Shown: in pieces, positions 44,743-54,728 of the stretch
How the letters are laid out: every line of letters starts with the position of its first letter
Position numbering within the stretch: the first letter of the stretch is position 1
NCBI GenBank assembly: GCA_965261395.1
Contig: OZ253462.1
Location: forward strand, 5,600,001-5,664,000
Length of the DNA stretch: 64,000 nt
Direction of reading: 5' to 3'
DNA from: Candidatus Latescibacterota bacterium
GTDB taxonomy: Bacteria; Latescibacterota; UBA2968; UBA8231
Notes under the pieces: model-generated
Told to the model about the DNA's origin: nothing
Databases searched by the model: none
The model's input: the letters and a program-made list of their open reading frames with translations, nothing else
Translations under genes and position numbers: made by a program

Positions 44743-46949
44743 CAGCGGTTGTTGATCACGGCGAATTTGCCGCGCACTGCGTCGCCGGTTTCTGGCTGCG
44801 CGACAAAGTAGTAAATACCCGACCCCACGAGAAAGCCCGCCGCGCTCTGGCCATGCCAAGTGACCGCGCCTTGACCGGCCGTGCCGTCGAGCTGGCGGAT
44901 GAGTTCGCCAGCCGCGGTGAAAATGCGCACGCTGGACCCTAGCGGCAGGTCGGCAAAGGTCAGGGCTGCGCCGTGCACGCCGATGCGGAAGGGGTTGGGA
45001 TAGGCGTACGCCTGAGGCCCAGCGGCCGCTCTCGAGGTGCCGAGTTGCAGGCGGCTCATTCCGCCGAGCGTGCCAATCCACAGTGCGCCGTTTCCCTGGT
45101 CGAAGTACAGCGAGTTGACGCGGTTGTTGACGAGACCGTCGCTGGTGTCGAGCGCGAACTCGACTTGGCCTCCGGCGTCGATGCGGGCCAAGCCGCCTTC
45201 GGTGCCGACCCAAATGCGCCCCCAGTCGTCTTCGGCGAGCGACGTGGTCGCGCTGGACGGTAGGCCGTTGTCGGTGTTGTACACCTTCCAGCTTGTGACA
45301 TCAAAGTCCGCGTTAGTCCGCGAATACTCGCCGCGCACTGCATTAAGGCCGTTGTTGGTGGCGACCCACACCTGCCCAGAGCGATCGACGTGGATGTCGA
45401 TGATGGCGTTGCTGGTCAGGCCTGGATACGCGGCTGTGTCGAAGACAAGGCCGATCTCGTCGCCGGTCTTAAAAGGGGTGCCGCCGTCGTCTAAGAGGCA
45501 GAAGCCGTCGAGCGCTGTCCCGACCCACTTTAGGCCCTCGGGACCAGTGGCTATTTTGGTCATGTCTCGGCCCGGGGACATGCCGAAGTCCAACTGGTTG
45601 TTGAGCGCGGCCTGTTGGGGCGGCCACCCATCCATGACGACTAACCCATTGCGGACGTTGGCGATCCACATCAAGCCGTTGGCGTCGCGGTCGATGTCGC
45701 TGATGGCGACAAAGCTATTGCCATCGATACCTTCGAGGGCCGAGTTGTTGGCGGTGAGGCGCTGCCACTGGCCGTTGGCGTCGCGCACGTCAATGCCCCC
45801 GCCCCAATGGCCAACCCACAGCAGGCCCTCGCCGTCGGTCTCCACGGCCGAGACAGTCGCGGACGACAGGTCGGTCTTTGTGTTGTGGGTGGTCCAGCCT
45901 TCGCCGTCAAACTCGTATAGACCGAAAGCGGGCAGATTGTCCTTGGGCACGGAGGAGACCCACAGGTGGCCGTCGGCGGTCTGGGTCATGTCGAAGAAGA
46001 AGTTGGCTCTAGGTTCGCGGGGCGGTGGCGGAGGGTCGGTGCCGAGGACGCGCAAGCCACTACCGCTGGCCACCCACAGGGGGCCGTCCGTATCGGACAG
46101 GTCGGCAGTGCTGCTAATGTCCGATGCACTAAGCGGCTGCCAACGGTTGGTGCCTTGGCGCTGGAACAAGAGACCCTCGGCCGTCGCGCTGACAACGCGC
46201 CCCTCAAAGAGGCCGAGGGCAACGCTGCTGGTCGTGGTGTAATCGAGCACGGGGCGTTCGAGCGCGGGGTGTACTCGCCAGAGGCCGTCCGTGGCCGAGA
46301 CGAAGAGCGTGTCTTGATAGACTAGCATGTCGCGCACCGTGCCCTTTATTAGCTCGGCTTCCCAACTGCTGGGGTCTTGGAGATTGGGTTGGTCCAAATC
46401 CGCCCATACTAGGCCACTGACGGTCCCGGCCCACAGGCGACCGGCAAACACCTCCATGCTGGTCACCTCGGTGTCTTTGGGCAGATCCCCCAAGCGGCGA
46501 TAGGTTTCCTTGACCTCCTCCTTGCTGATGACAAACGCGCTGACGCCGCGCTCGCTGCCGACGTAGAGGATGTCCCCATGAGGCTCAAGGGCGTTGATGC
46601 GGAGGTTTTGGAAGTCGAGGAAGGGCGGGTCGAAGCGGTTCCTCTCGGGCCGATAGCGGCTCAAGCCCTGCGAGTTTGTACCGAACCACAGATGGCCGTT
46701 GGCATCTACAGCTAGGCTCAAGATGAGGTTGCCCGGTAGGCCGTCGCGGCGGGTGAAGCGCGTATAGGATTGGGTCTGCTGGTCGTAGCGCAGGACGCCG
46801 CCGCTGGTACCGGCCCAGACCTCATCTTGGTGGACGAGGACCCGGTTGATTTGGCGCATACTGGTATAGGCTTCCCATTGGGTGCCGGATAGCTGGGCGC
46901 GGACGGGTAGAGCCAAAAGCAGCAGTGGAGCGAGGCGGAGCAAGAGCAT
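44742..46949 (-). CDS. PorZ-like two-component-regulator propeller protein with T9SS-type C-terminal domain
   Basis: Signal peptide; repeated D..G.LW.GT..GL blades; LDDGGTPF; C-terminal AYAYPNPF...VRIFTAAGELIR...GSGIYYF. Confidence 0.75.
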   Translation of the reverse strand: MLLLRLAPLLLLALPVRAQLSGTQWEAYTSMRQINRVLVHQDEVWAGTSGGVLRYDQQTQSYTRFTRRDGLPGNLILSLAVDANGHLWFGTNSQGLSRYRPERNRFDPPFLDFQNLRINALEPHGDILYVGSERGVSAFVISKEEVKETYRRLGDLPKDTEVTSMEVFAGRLWAGTVSGLVWADLDQPNLQDPSSWEAELIKGTVRDMLVYQDTLFVSATDGLWRVHPALERPVLDYTTTSSVALGLFEGRVVSATAEGLLFQRQGTNRWQPLSASDISSTADLSDTDGPLWVASGSGLRVLGTDPPPPPREPRANFFFDMTQTADGHLWVSSVPKDNLPAFGLYEFDGEGWTTHNTKTDLSSATVSAVETDGEGLLWVGHWGGGIDVRDANGQWQRLTANNSALEGIDGNSFVAISDIDRDANGLMWIANVRNGLVVMDGWPPQQAALNNQLDFGMSPGRDMTKIATGPEGLKWVGTALDGFCLLDDGGTPFKTGDEIGLVFDTAAYPGLTSNAIIDIHVDRSGQVWVATNNGLNAVRGEYSRTNADFDVTSWKVYNTDNGLPSSATTSLAEDDWGRIWVGTEGGLARIDAGGQVEFALDTSDGLVNNRVNSLYFDQGNGALWIGTLGGMSRLQLGTSRAAAGPQAYAYPNPFRIGVHGAALTFADLPLGSSVRIFTAAGELIRQLDGTAGQGAVTWHGQSAAGFLVGSGIYYFVAQPETGDAVRGKFAVINNR

Positions 46950-46958
46950 GGGGACGGC

Positions 46959-49409
46959 CTACATCATCGTTAGAGGATCGATATTAATGGAAAAGTGGAG
47001 GGCGTGGTTTTTGGCGGCCTCGCGCATGGCTGGCAGCACGCTGAGGGTCGTTGTGCGCAAGTGGTGCGCCGAGGAGCCACGCAAGAGAGCTTGCCAGCGG
47101 TAGTGACCGCGCAGCCGCGCCAGCGGTGCCGGTGCCGGCCCGAGCACGAGCGCTTCTGCATCGAGGCCCTGCCGCAGGGCATCCACGCCCTGTTGCGCCC
47201 CGGTCTCAACGGCTTGCTCGCAGGGGCCGCGCCAGCGGAAGACGATTAGGCGGCCAAAAGGGGGGAACCCGGCCTGCTGCCGCTGGGCTAGCTCGTTGTG
47301 GGCAAAGGCCGCGTAGTTTTGGCGTGCGGCCGCGCGTAAAGCTGCGTCCTCGGGCAGCAGCGTCTGGATGACGACCTCGCCGGCCGTGTGACCGCGCCCC
47401 GAGCGGCCGGCGACTTGGGTCAGGAGCTGGAAGCTCCGCTCGGCTGCGCGGAAGTCGGGTAGGTGCATGCCGGTGTCCGCGGAAATCACGCCGACTAGCG
47501 TAACCTCGGGCAGGTCGAGGCCCTTGGCGATCATTTGGGTGCCGAGCAGCACGTCGGCCTCGCCCCTGCGGAAGCGCTCGACGAGGGAGTCGTGCGCGCC
47601 TTTCCAAGCGGTGGTGTCCACGTCCATGCGGATGACGCGGATGCCGGAAAATTGGGCCAAGAGGGCGCTTTCGACTCGTTGGGTGCCCACCCCTTCGAAG
47701 CGCAGCTCCGGGCTGCCGCAGGACGGGCAGACCGGTGGAGGAGGAGCCGCGAAGTCGCAGTAATGACAGCGGGTCTGGGAAGAAGTGGGTTGCCGGTGAT
47801 AGGTCAGCGAGACTCGGCAACTGCTGCACTGGATCGGCTCGCCACAGGCGGTGCAGCTAATGAAGGGCGCGAAGCCGCGGCGATTTTGCAACAGGATGAT
47901 TTTTTCGCCGCGGTCGAGGCGGCCCTGCATCTTGCGCCGCAAGTCGTGCGAGAAGATGGCTCGCTGCTGCCGTTGGAAAGGCTCCTGTTTCATATCGACG
48001 ACCGTCACTTGCGGCAAAGGGCGGTCGTCGATGCGGCGGGGCAAGGTGTGGAGGTGGTACTTGCCCGTGACGGCGTTCCAGTGCGACTCTAGGCTGGGCG
48101 TGGCCGAGCCGAGGACGACGACGGCTTTGCAGTGCTGCCCGCGGACTAAGGCGAGGTCGCGGGCGTTGTAGGTGAGGGGGTGGCTGCTGTCTAGGTCTTC
48201 TTGCTTGTACGAGGTGTCGTGCTCTTCGTCCACGACAATCAGCCCCAAATCGTCCACTGGTGCGAAGATGGCCGAGCGAGCGCCGATGAGCACGCGCTGC
48301 TCGCGGCGGCGCAAACGACGCCAAGTGTCGTAGCGCTCTCCGGTCGAGAGTTGGCTGTGGAGGACGGCGACTGCCTCGCCGAAGTGCTCCTTGAAGCGCC
48401 GCACCATCTGCCAAGCGAGGGCGATTTCTGGAACCAAGATGATCGCGCCGCGCCCCGCGGCCAACGCTTGTGCTACGAGTTGGATGTACACCAGGGTCTT
48501 GCCCGAGCCGGTGACGCCGTGCAGCAGAGCCGGATAGAATTTTCGGGTATCGAGCGCGGCCGACAGGGCGTCGAGGGCCTGTTGCTGGTCGGTGGTAGGG
48601 ACGAGGTCCGGGGGAGCACCGCTGGCGATGTGGGCGAGGGGGTCGCGGACGACTTCCTCGGCCGTTGACTCAATCAAGCCACGGCCTTCGAGGGTCTTGA
48701 GTACGGCCGAGGAAAAGCCGGCCGTGCTCAGTTCGCTGCGCGCAGCCGTGGGGTGGTCGAGCAAGTAGCGCAGACAGGCCGCTTGACGCGGAGCGCGCTT
48801 TTCGATGTCGGCGATGGCTGCATGCGCGGCCGTTTCGTCGCTCAGACGGAAGCGGCGTTGGCTCAGGGCACGGGGTCGCCGGTCTTCGAGCACGGGCGCG
48901 ATTTCAATGCATCCGCTGCGGCTCAGGACGCGCACCCCCTTTTCCAAGCCCCGGCTGCCGAGGCGGCGCTTGAGGGTGCTGACCTTGAGAGAGCCGCTGC
49001 GCTGCAACTCGCCGAGGATCCGCGCCTCTAGGCCCGCGTGGTGGCCAACGGGCGCGTCGCGCAATTGCACGAGGCGGTTGGAGCTGAGTTTGACGCCTGG
49101 AGGCAGAGCGGCCATCAGCGCACTGCCGAGGGGGGCCATGTAGTAGGAAGCCATCCAGCGGCAGAGCGCGACGATCTCTGGGATGAGGAGCGAGGTGTCG
49201 AGAATTTGTTCGATAGGGCGGATCTTGCTTGGGGGGAGGTCGCCGATTGTAGCTGGCCCCAAGACGATGCCGGTGAGCCGGCGCTGGACCACCGGCACCA
49301 ACACCAAGGCCCCAGGCCGCGCTTCAGCGGCGAGTTCAGCAGGTACGCCATAGGTCAACTCGCGCGCTACAGGTGGCGGCAGGGCGACCTCTACGTAGCC
49401 TTGGATCAT
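46959..49409 (-). CDS. priA: Primosomal protein N' (replication restart helicase)
   Basis: GVTGSGKT, LVPEI, DEEH, GSATPS, four CxxC pairs, GTQMIAKGLD, QVAGRSGR. Confidence 0.96.
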   Translation of the reverse strand: MIQGYVEVALPPPVARELTYGVPAELAAEARPGALVLVPVVQRRLTGIVLGPATIGDLPPSKIRPIEQILDTSLLIPEIVALCRWMASYYMAPLGSALMAALPPGVKLSSNRLVQLRDAPVGHHAGLEARILGELQRSGSLKVSTLKRRLGSRGLEKGVRVLSRSGCIEIAPVLEDRRPRALSQRRFRLSDETAAHAAIADIEKRAPRQAACLRYLLDHPTAARSELSTAGFSSAVLKTLEGRGLIESTAEEVVRDPLAHIASGAPPDLVPTTDQQQALDALSAALDTRKFYPALLHGVTGSGKTLVYIQLVAQALAAGRGAIILVPEIALAWQMVRRFKEHFGEAVAVLHSQLSTGERYDTWRRLRRREQRVLIGARSAIFAPVDDLGLIVVDEEHDTSYKQEDLDSSHPLTYNARDLALVRGQHCKAVVVLGSATPSLESHWNAVTGKYHLHTLPRRIDDRPLPQVTVVDMKQEPFQRQQRAIFSHDLRRKMQGRLDRGEKIILLQNRRGFAPFISCTACGEPIQCSSCRVSLTYHRQPTSSQTRCHYCDFAAPPPPVCPSCGSPELRFEGVGTQRVESALLAQFSGIRVIRMDVDTTAWKGAHDSLVERFRRGEADVLLGTQMIAKGLDLPEVTLVGVISADTGMHLPDFRAAERSFQLLTQVAGRSGRGHTAGEVVIQTLLPEDAALRAAARQNYAAFAHNELAQRQQAGFPPFGRLIVFRWRGPCEQAVETGAQQGVDALRQGLDAEALVLGPAPAPLARLRGHYRWQALLRGSSAHHLRTTTLSVLPAMREAAKNHALHFSINIDPLTMM

Positions 49410-50338
49410 GGTTGGGTGTCGGAGGGCTCTTCTGCTAGAGACTGTAAGTTCGATCCTAGGAATTCGATGCCGTCGGCCGCGGCGCGGAAGTGCAGCACTT
49501 GAGTAGGGTCGCCAAGCTGGCCATCGCCGAGTAGTTGGCCATCCAACCAATAGCGCAGGCCGTGGGGACGGGTCGAGAGCACGACGAAGTGGTCGCGGGC
49601 CTCAAAGCGGTGGCGCTGGCCGGATGGAACGACAGCCTCAAAATTTTCTGCTGCGTTATCCCAGCGGATCAGCACCCAAGTAGAGTCGCTGGCTTCTAGT
49701 TCGAGGACGACAGGGGCGGATTCGGTGGTTTGTGCGGCCGCCGCAGTCGCGGAAGTGTCTGCAGACGAGGCAGCGTCCACAGCACCCGTTTCGGTGGATG
49801 ACTGGGCGACAAGGGGGTCGTTTGGAGCGGTTATCGGCTGGGATTGGGCCGGGGTTGGGATCTCTTGCGGCGGGACCGGGGTCGCTTGCGGCGGGACGTC
49901 GGTCGCTTGCGATGGGCCGGCGGATTGGGCCGGGGTCTGTGGTGATGGCATAATCCTATCGCCGAAGAAGTAGAACGCCACAGCGAGGGCGCAGCAAACA
50001 CCTATTATCGAGCCGATGATGATCATTGGCTTATGCGAGCGACGCGGAGTAGGCTGAGATATTAAGACCTTAGGCCGATGGAGAGATTGGGGTTGGCCAT
50101 GCTGTTGATCGAAACGAGTCAAAAACGGCTTGGGATCGAGGTCGAGGAATTCGGCGTATGCTTCCAGAGCTAGGCGAGTGAATACCGGCTCGACTATATC
50201 GAACTGGTTGGCTTCTACGCCCTGTAAGACGGACAAACTAATGCCGGTCTGTCGCTGGATTTCTTCGAGATCGAGGCCGCGCGCTTGGCGTGCGGCAGAC
50301 AATTCTTCTGCGATGGTTAGTTGTTTTTCTTCGCTCAT
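49406..50338 (-). CDS. rodZ: RodZ-like protein (HTH, transmembrane helix, DUF4115)
   Basis: N-terminal HTH_25-like region (YAEFLDLD), single TM helix, Pro/Gln linker, C-terminal LELEASDSTWV. Confidence 0.75.
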   Translation of the reverse strand: MSEEKQLTIAEELSAARQARGLDLEEIQRQTGISLSVLQGVEANQFDIVEPVFTRLALEAYAEFLDLDPKPFLTRFDQQHGQPQSLHRPKVLISQPTPRRSHKPMIIIGSIIGVCCALAVAFYFFGDRIMPSPQTPAQSAGPSQATDVPPQATPVPPQEIPTPAQSQPITAPNDPLVAQSSTETGAVDAASSADTSATAAAAQTTESAPVVLELEASDSTWVLIRWDNAAENFEAVVPSGQRHRFEARDHFVVLSTRPHGLRYWLDGQLLGDGQLGDPTQVLHFRAAADGIEFLGSNLQSLAEEPSDTQP

Positions 50339-50922
50339 TTTGTGGCCTGATCGTTTAGGTCGCACCCCACCGCGCTCAAAAGGACGCAAAGACGAGCTAG
50401 GGGCAGACCAACTACATTATAATAACAACCTGCGATGCGTTCAATAAAGCGCGCCCCTAGCCCCTGGATGCCATAGCCACCGGCTTTGTCGAAGGGTTCG
50501 CCGCTGGCGACGTAAGCGGCGATGTCCGCGGCGGTCAAGGGCCGCATTTCTACTTGGGTGCAAACGACTTCCTGCAGGAGCTGTGCGCCGCTTTGGATGG
50601 TTAGCCCGGTATAGACCTGATGGACCTTGCCCGAGAGGCGACCGAGCATGGAGGCCGCATCGGCTGCGTCGGCGGGCTTGCCCAATATCGCGCCGTTGCT
50701 ACAGACGATGGTGTCCGCCGCGATGATAATGGCGTCTGTAGCGACTGAGCCGGCCACAGCGCGGGCTTTGGCCACGGCCGATTCGAGTGCGTAGTCGGCC
50801 GGGATGGCCGTTGCGGGCACAGGCTCTGCCAGCGGACTGGGGACGACTGTAAAGGGCAGGGCGAGTTGGCGCAACAGATCAGCGCGCCGGGGCGAAGCCG
50901 AGCCGAGGATGAGCGGCTTCAC
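50335..50922 (-). CDS. maf: Maf family nucleotide pyrophosphatase
   Basis: LILGSASPRR, AADTIV, LGKP, DKAGGYGIQG, NVVGLP. Confidence 0.94.
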   Translation of the reverse strand: MKPLILGSASPRRADLLRQLALPFTVVPSPLAEPVPATAIPADYALESAVAKARAVAGSVATDAIIIAADTIVCSNGAILGKPADAADAASMLGRLSGKVHQVYTGLTIQSGAQLLQEVVCTQVEMRPLTAADIAAYVASGEPFDKAGGYGIQGLGARFIERIAGCYYNVVGLPLARLCVLLSAVGCDLNDQATK

Positions 50923-51362
50923 GCTGGCGACTCCACCATCAAGGTAACCGGGCCGTCGTTGTGGATTTCGACTTGCATGTAGGCACCGAAGACGCCGCGT
51001 TGGGGCGGCAAGCCTTGTGCGGCGAGCAGGTCGAGGAAGCGCTCGTAGAGGCGCTGGGCAACCGGGGGTGGGGCGGCTTGGACGAAGCTGGGGCGGCGGC
51101 CTTTGCGGCAATCGCCGTACAGGGTAAACTGCGAGATGGCGAGCACGCCGCCGCCGATGTCGAGCACTGAGCGGTTCATCTTGCCTTGGTCGTCGGCGAA
51201 GATGCGCAGATGAGCGCACTTTTCAGCGCAGAAGCGCAGGGATTGGTCGTCGTCGCTAGGGCCGAAGCCGACGAGCAGGACCAAGCCCTGGTCGATTTGG
51301 CCGCGGAGCTGGCCATCGACGTGGACGCTAGCGTGGCTGACGCGCTGGACGAGGACTTTCAC
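50919..51362 (-). CDS. dtd: D-aminoacyl-tRNA deacylase
   Basis: QRVSHASV, SQFTL, KGRRPSF, NDGPVT. Confidence 0.96.
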   Translation of the reverse strand: MKVLVQRVSHASVHVDGQLRGQIDQGLVLLVGFGPSDDDQSLRFCAEKCAHLRIFADDQGKMNRSVLDIGGGVLAISQFTLYGDCRKGRRPSFVQAAPPPVAQRLYERFLDLLAAQGLPPQRGVFGAYMQVEIHNDGPVTLMVESPA

Positions 51363-51438
51363 GGGAGGGGGTGCAAGATCAGCGGGGACGCCGTCGGCAT
51401 CTGGGAAAATTCGCTAGGAGAATCGGTCATAGAAGTTA

Positions 51439-51466
51439 AATGTACCCCCCGCCGTACTACTGTCAA
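51439..51466 (-). promoter_or_regulatory. Sigma70-like promoter for dtd-maf-rodZ-priA
   Basis: TTGACA-16 bp-TACATT. Confidence 0.55.
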
Positions 51467-51471
51467 CCACC

Positions 51472-53988
51472 CTAGAAGCGCCGCTGGCCGCGCTCGAGTT
51501 TGAGTTGCGGAATGTCCTTCAACTGCACCTTAAAAAAGAACGCCCGGTTTTTGTGAAGGGTACTCGGTTGCACATTGAAGGTCGCGGTCCAGTCGTGGAA
51601 CTCCTTTTGCAGGGACAACAGCTCGGAAGTAATGCGCTCGCTGGCCAACAGCCGCGTCCCCGGGGCGCGCAGGTTGTAGTTGAGCGAATAATTGCAATAC
51701 CAGCTCGACCACAAGCTAAAGCCGGCTGAGGCCCGTACCCAAGAGCGGATGAAGCTAGAGGTCGCAGTCGTGGCGCGGCGGTGCGAGATGTAGTGGCTGA
51801 GCTGGAAGCGGCTGCCGCGACGGCGGGTATCGATGTCGCGCATGAGGCCGCTTTCAAAGCCGAAACTACTCTGCCCATAGGGGCTGGAGGTGCCAAAGCT
51901 ACTCTGTCCATAGGGACTGGAGGAGCCGAAACTACTCTGTCCGTAGGGGCTGGAGGAGCCGAAGTTACTCTGTCCGTAGGGGCTGGAGGAGCCAAAGTTA
52001 CTCTGTCCGTAGCGGCTAGAGGTGCCGTAGCTATCGGTCCGGTCGGCGTCCATGCGCGACGCTGCTGACCGCTGCGACCAGCTAATCGAGGTCCGCACTT
52101 CAAGCTGCTCGCGGCGCGGTGCCAATAGGTGCAGTTGGTTTTGCTCGTCGTAGAATTTGTGGCGCAAGGTCAACCGCGAATTCAGGTAGCGACCCGCCTC
52201 GACGCTTAGGGTCGTCCGCAGGTCGTCTAGCTGGTTTTCCTTTTTTTCAAAGTCATAGGTCGTCGAGAAGTTGAGCTGGACTAGGCGCACTTTGTGCTCT
52301 TCCTCGTCGCGCAGGATTTTGGCCCAGAAGGTGTTGTCGAAGCGCAAGTCCAAGCGCCGCCGGTGTTGGAGCCGGCTGCCATCGCCGCCAAAGCCCAAGA
52401 CGCCGCCGGTGTCGGCGCGAGAGGCTTGATAGTTGAACGAGACGCTGGGTTTGAGCACGTGGCGCAGGGCTTGGAGCGGGCCGATGGATGGATTGAAGAG
52501 GCCGTAGAAGGTCTGGCTCAGGGCCGCGCGGGTCGAGAAGCGATCGCTGCGCCGGCTGCGGGTTGCGCTTTCGCGCAGATTTTGGTCGCGCCAGTCTTGG
52601 TTGAGTGATGGGCTGAGATTGAACCAAGAGAAGGGGCGGTACTGCGCGCTGACGCGCCAGCCCACTTGGGCTCTGGTTTGGCTGGTGGTGTCCGTGCGGC
52701 TGCCGCGCTGAGTATTGCGCAGGCTGGCGTTGCCGTCGTAGTAGATGCGACTGTACCAGGGGAGATTTTGGCGGCTTTGGCGGCTTTGGCCCTTGGCGGC
52801 TTGGCCCCAAATCGGCTTGCGGCTCTTGCGCAGGCTGATTTCGGGCAGAATGGTGGAGAACGTTTCGGTGTCGAGGTTTTTGGTCTGGCTCGCTTTTAGG
52901 CCCAAGCTATTGCCCGAGCCGCGCCAGCGCCGAGTGTAGCTGAGATTGGAGCGCAGGGTGCGGTTGAGGCGGTCTTGGAGGCTGGTGCTGTTGTCTTGGG
53001 CGAAGCTGTTGTTGCTCTGGAAGGTGCCGTTGGCCCGCAGGCTGGCGTTGCGCCCTAGCTCTTGGCTGTGCCTGAATTCTAGTCGCCAGTTGCGCGAGGC
53101 CGTGCGGCCGTCTTGGCGGTTTTCGAACTGGGTGCTGACGTTCCCTCTGAATCGGTAGCGCGCCGTGTAGTTGAAGCGGGCGCGCCCTAGCCAGCCCGAG
53201 CGCTGCCGCAGGTCGGCTGCGAGGGACAGGTCCCAATAGTCGTTGGGCGCGAGGTAGTAGCCCAGGTTGCGCAGCTCCCACTCGCTTTGGCGCGACCCAT
53301 ATCTAAGGGCGCGTTGCCCAAAACTCGGCGTCAAAATCCCAGACTGGCGGTCTTCGCGCAGCGAGAATACATAGAAGGGAATCCACAACAGCCGCCGCTC
53401 CTTGATGCGGAAATACACGGGTCGCGCCACGGCCATGTCGCCGGCTAAGACCTTGATCCGCGGGCTGTAGAAGTCGAAGTGCGGGTGATCGGCCTTGCAC
53501 GTGGTGTACGAGCCTTGGTGGACGTGGAACTCGGTGCCGCTGCGGGTCTGGATCAAGCGTCCGGCGTAAAATCCCTTGTCGCGGTGGATCTTGCCTTCGA
53601 GGATGGTTCCTTGCTCGGTGGAGAGGTCGTAGAGGATGCGCTCGCCGCGCAGGGTTTGGTCGCCTTGGCGCAACACTGGGCGGCCGATGACGCGCCCAAG
53701 CGAATCGAGGGATGCTCGCGCTTCGATCTGGTCGAGGTCGCGGCGGAAGACGATTTCGGCGGCCTCTAGTTCAGCGCCCTTGTGCGAGATGCGGGCCTGT
53801 CCCTGCAACAGGAGCGAGTCGCCGACCTCGTAGTAGTTCATATAGGTGGCTCGGTATGTAAAGCCTTGGTTTTTGTCCTGGCCCTTGGCTTGGGTCAGCA
53901 GGGCGTGGGCCTGTTCCAGGGTAGTCTCAGACGCCTCGCTGCTGCACGCATGGGCGAGGGTGAGGCAGAAAACCAGCAGACCGATCAT
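51472..53988 (-). CDS. lptD: LptD-like LPS assembly outer-membrane protein
   Basis: OstA-like N-terminus, GSYTTC...PHF, RQSGILTPSFG, RNLGYY.A.NDYWD, long beta-strand-rich C-terminus. Confidence 0.8.
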   Translation of the reverse strand: MIGLLVFCLTLAHACSSEASETTLEQAHALLTQAKGQDKNQGFTYRATYMNYYEVGDSLLLQGQARISHKGAELEAAEIVFRRDLDQIEARASLDSLGRVIGRPVLRQGDQTLRGERILYDLSTEQGTILEGKIHRDKGFYAGRLIQTRSGTEFHVHQGSYTTCKADHPHFDFYSPRIKVLAGDMAVARPVYFRIKERRLLWIPFYVFSLREDRQSGILTPSFGQRALRYGSRQSEWELRNLGYYLAPNDYWDLSLAADLRQRSGWLGRARFNYTARYRFRGNVSTQFENRQDGRTASRNWRLEFRHSQELGRNASLRANGTFQSNNSFAQDNSTSLQDRLNRTLRSNLSYTRRWRGSGNSLGLKASQTKNLDTETFSTILPEISLRKSRKPIWGQAAKGQSRQSRQNLPWYSRIYYDGNASLRNTQRGSRTDTTSQTRAQVGWRVSAQYRPFSWFNLSPSLNQDWRDQNLRESATRSRRSDRFSTRAALSQTFYGLFNPSIGPLQALRHVLKPSVSFNYQASRADTGGVLGFGGDGSRLQHRRRLDLRFDNTFWAKILRDEEEHKVRLVQLNFSTTYDFEKKENQLDDLRTTLSVEAGRYLNSRLTLRHKFYDEQNQLHLLAPRREQLEVRTSISWSQRSAASRMDADRTDSYGTSSRYGQSNFGSSSPYGQSNFGSSSPYGQSSFGSSSPYGQSSFGTSSPYGQSSFGFESGLMRDIDTRRRGSRFQLSHYISHRRATTATSSFIRSWVRASAGFSLWSSWYCNYSLNYNLRAPGTRLLASERITSELLSLQKEFHDWTATFNVQPSTLHKNRAFFFKVQLKDIPQLKLERGQRRF
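51859..52032. repeat. In-frame 33-bp tandem repeat (5 units plus a partial) in lptD
   Basis: Units start at 51859, 51892, 51925, 51958, 51991 and 52024; they encode (G[S/T]SS[P/R]YGQS[N/S]F)n. Confidence 0.95.
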
Positions 53989-54728
53989 GGCTGGCGCTGG
54001 CGCAGTACTTCGTACAGGGCAATGCCAGCGGCCACCGAGGCGTTGAGCGAGCCGATGGCATCGCGCGGCATGGGGATGTGCAAGAGTGCGTCGCAGCGCT
54101 TTTGCACCATGCGCCGCAGCCCCTTGCCCTCGCTGCCGATGACTAGGGCACAGGGCTGGGTAAAGTCCGCGGTCGTCAAGGGCTGCTCTCCTTGGGCGTC
54201 GAGTCCGGCGATGAAAAGTCCACAGGCCGCGGCCTTTTGTAGGGCCTTTTGCAAGTTGTCAACTCGGCAGACGGGCAGGTGCTGGGCCGCACCGGCGGCG
54301 GCTTTGAGCACGGCTGGCGAGAGGCCGGCAGCTTCGCGGGCGGGCACGACGACGCCTTGCGCGCCGAGCGCGTGGGCGCTGCGGATGATGGCACCGAGGT
54401 TGTGGGGATCTTGCACTTGGTCGAGAAAGAGGAGCAGGGCTGGGGTCGGCAGGTGAGCGAGCAAGTGGTCGAAGTCCGCGTACGACGTGGCTGCCGCGTA
54501 CGCGACGACACTTTGGTGGTGGGGGCCGGCGAGGCGGTCGAGCTGGGCCTTGTCGCGCAGATCATAGGGGATGTGAGCCTGCCGTGCGCGGGCGAAAATT
54601 TCGTCGATGACCGGGCCGTGTGCGCCTTTGGCGACGAGCAGACGGCGCAGGGGACGCTCGGCACGCAGGGCTTCGAGCACGGGGTGGCGGCCCCAGATTA
54701 GGTCGTCGGGTGTTTGGTTATCGGTCAC
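53985..54728 (-). CDS. rlmB: 23S rRNA (G2251-2'-O)-methyltransferase RlmB
   Basis: GRHPVLEAL, LDQVQDPHNLGAIIRSA, GSEGKGLR, SLNASVA; GTG 54728 after GGAGG. Confidence 0.93.
   Translation of the reverse strand: MTDNQTPDDLIWGRHPVLEALRAERPLRRLLVAKGAHGPVIDEIFARARQAHIPYDLRDKAQLDRLAGPHHQSVVAYAAATSYADFDHLLAHLPTPALLLFLDQVQDPHNLGAIIRSAHALGAQGVVVPAREAAGLSPAVLKAAAGAAQHLPVCRVDNLQKALQKAAACGLFIAGLDAQGEQPLTTADFTQPCALVIGSEGKGLRRMVQKRCDALLHIPMPRDAIGSLNASVAAGIALYEVLRQRQP

Noticed and set aside
45037-46242. Long antisense or alternate-frame ORFs (this 401-aa one, 18812-19717, 25918-26838, 33704-34651 and others)
   Set aside because: Typical shadow ORFs of GC-rich genes, with no recognisable motifs or RBS.
49860-49912. 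21-bp repeats in rodZ, and the poly-Glu run in secDF near 16700
   Set aside because: Ordinary low-complexity linker sequence.
51859-52032. 33-bp periodic array as a CRISPR array
   Set aside because: The units are contiguous with no unique spacers, lie in frame inside a CDS, and there are no cas genes.
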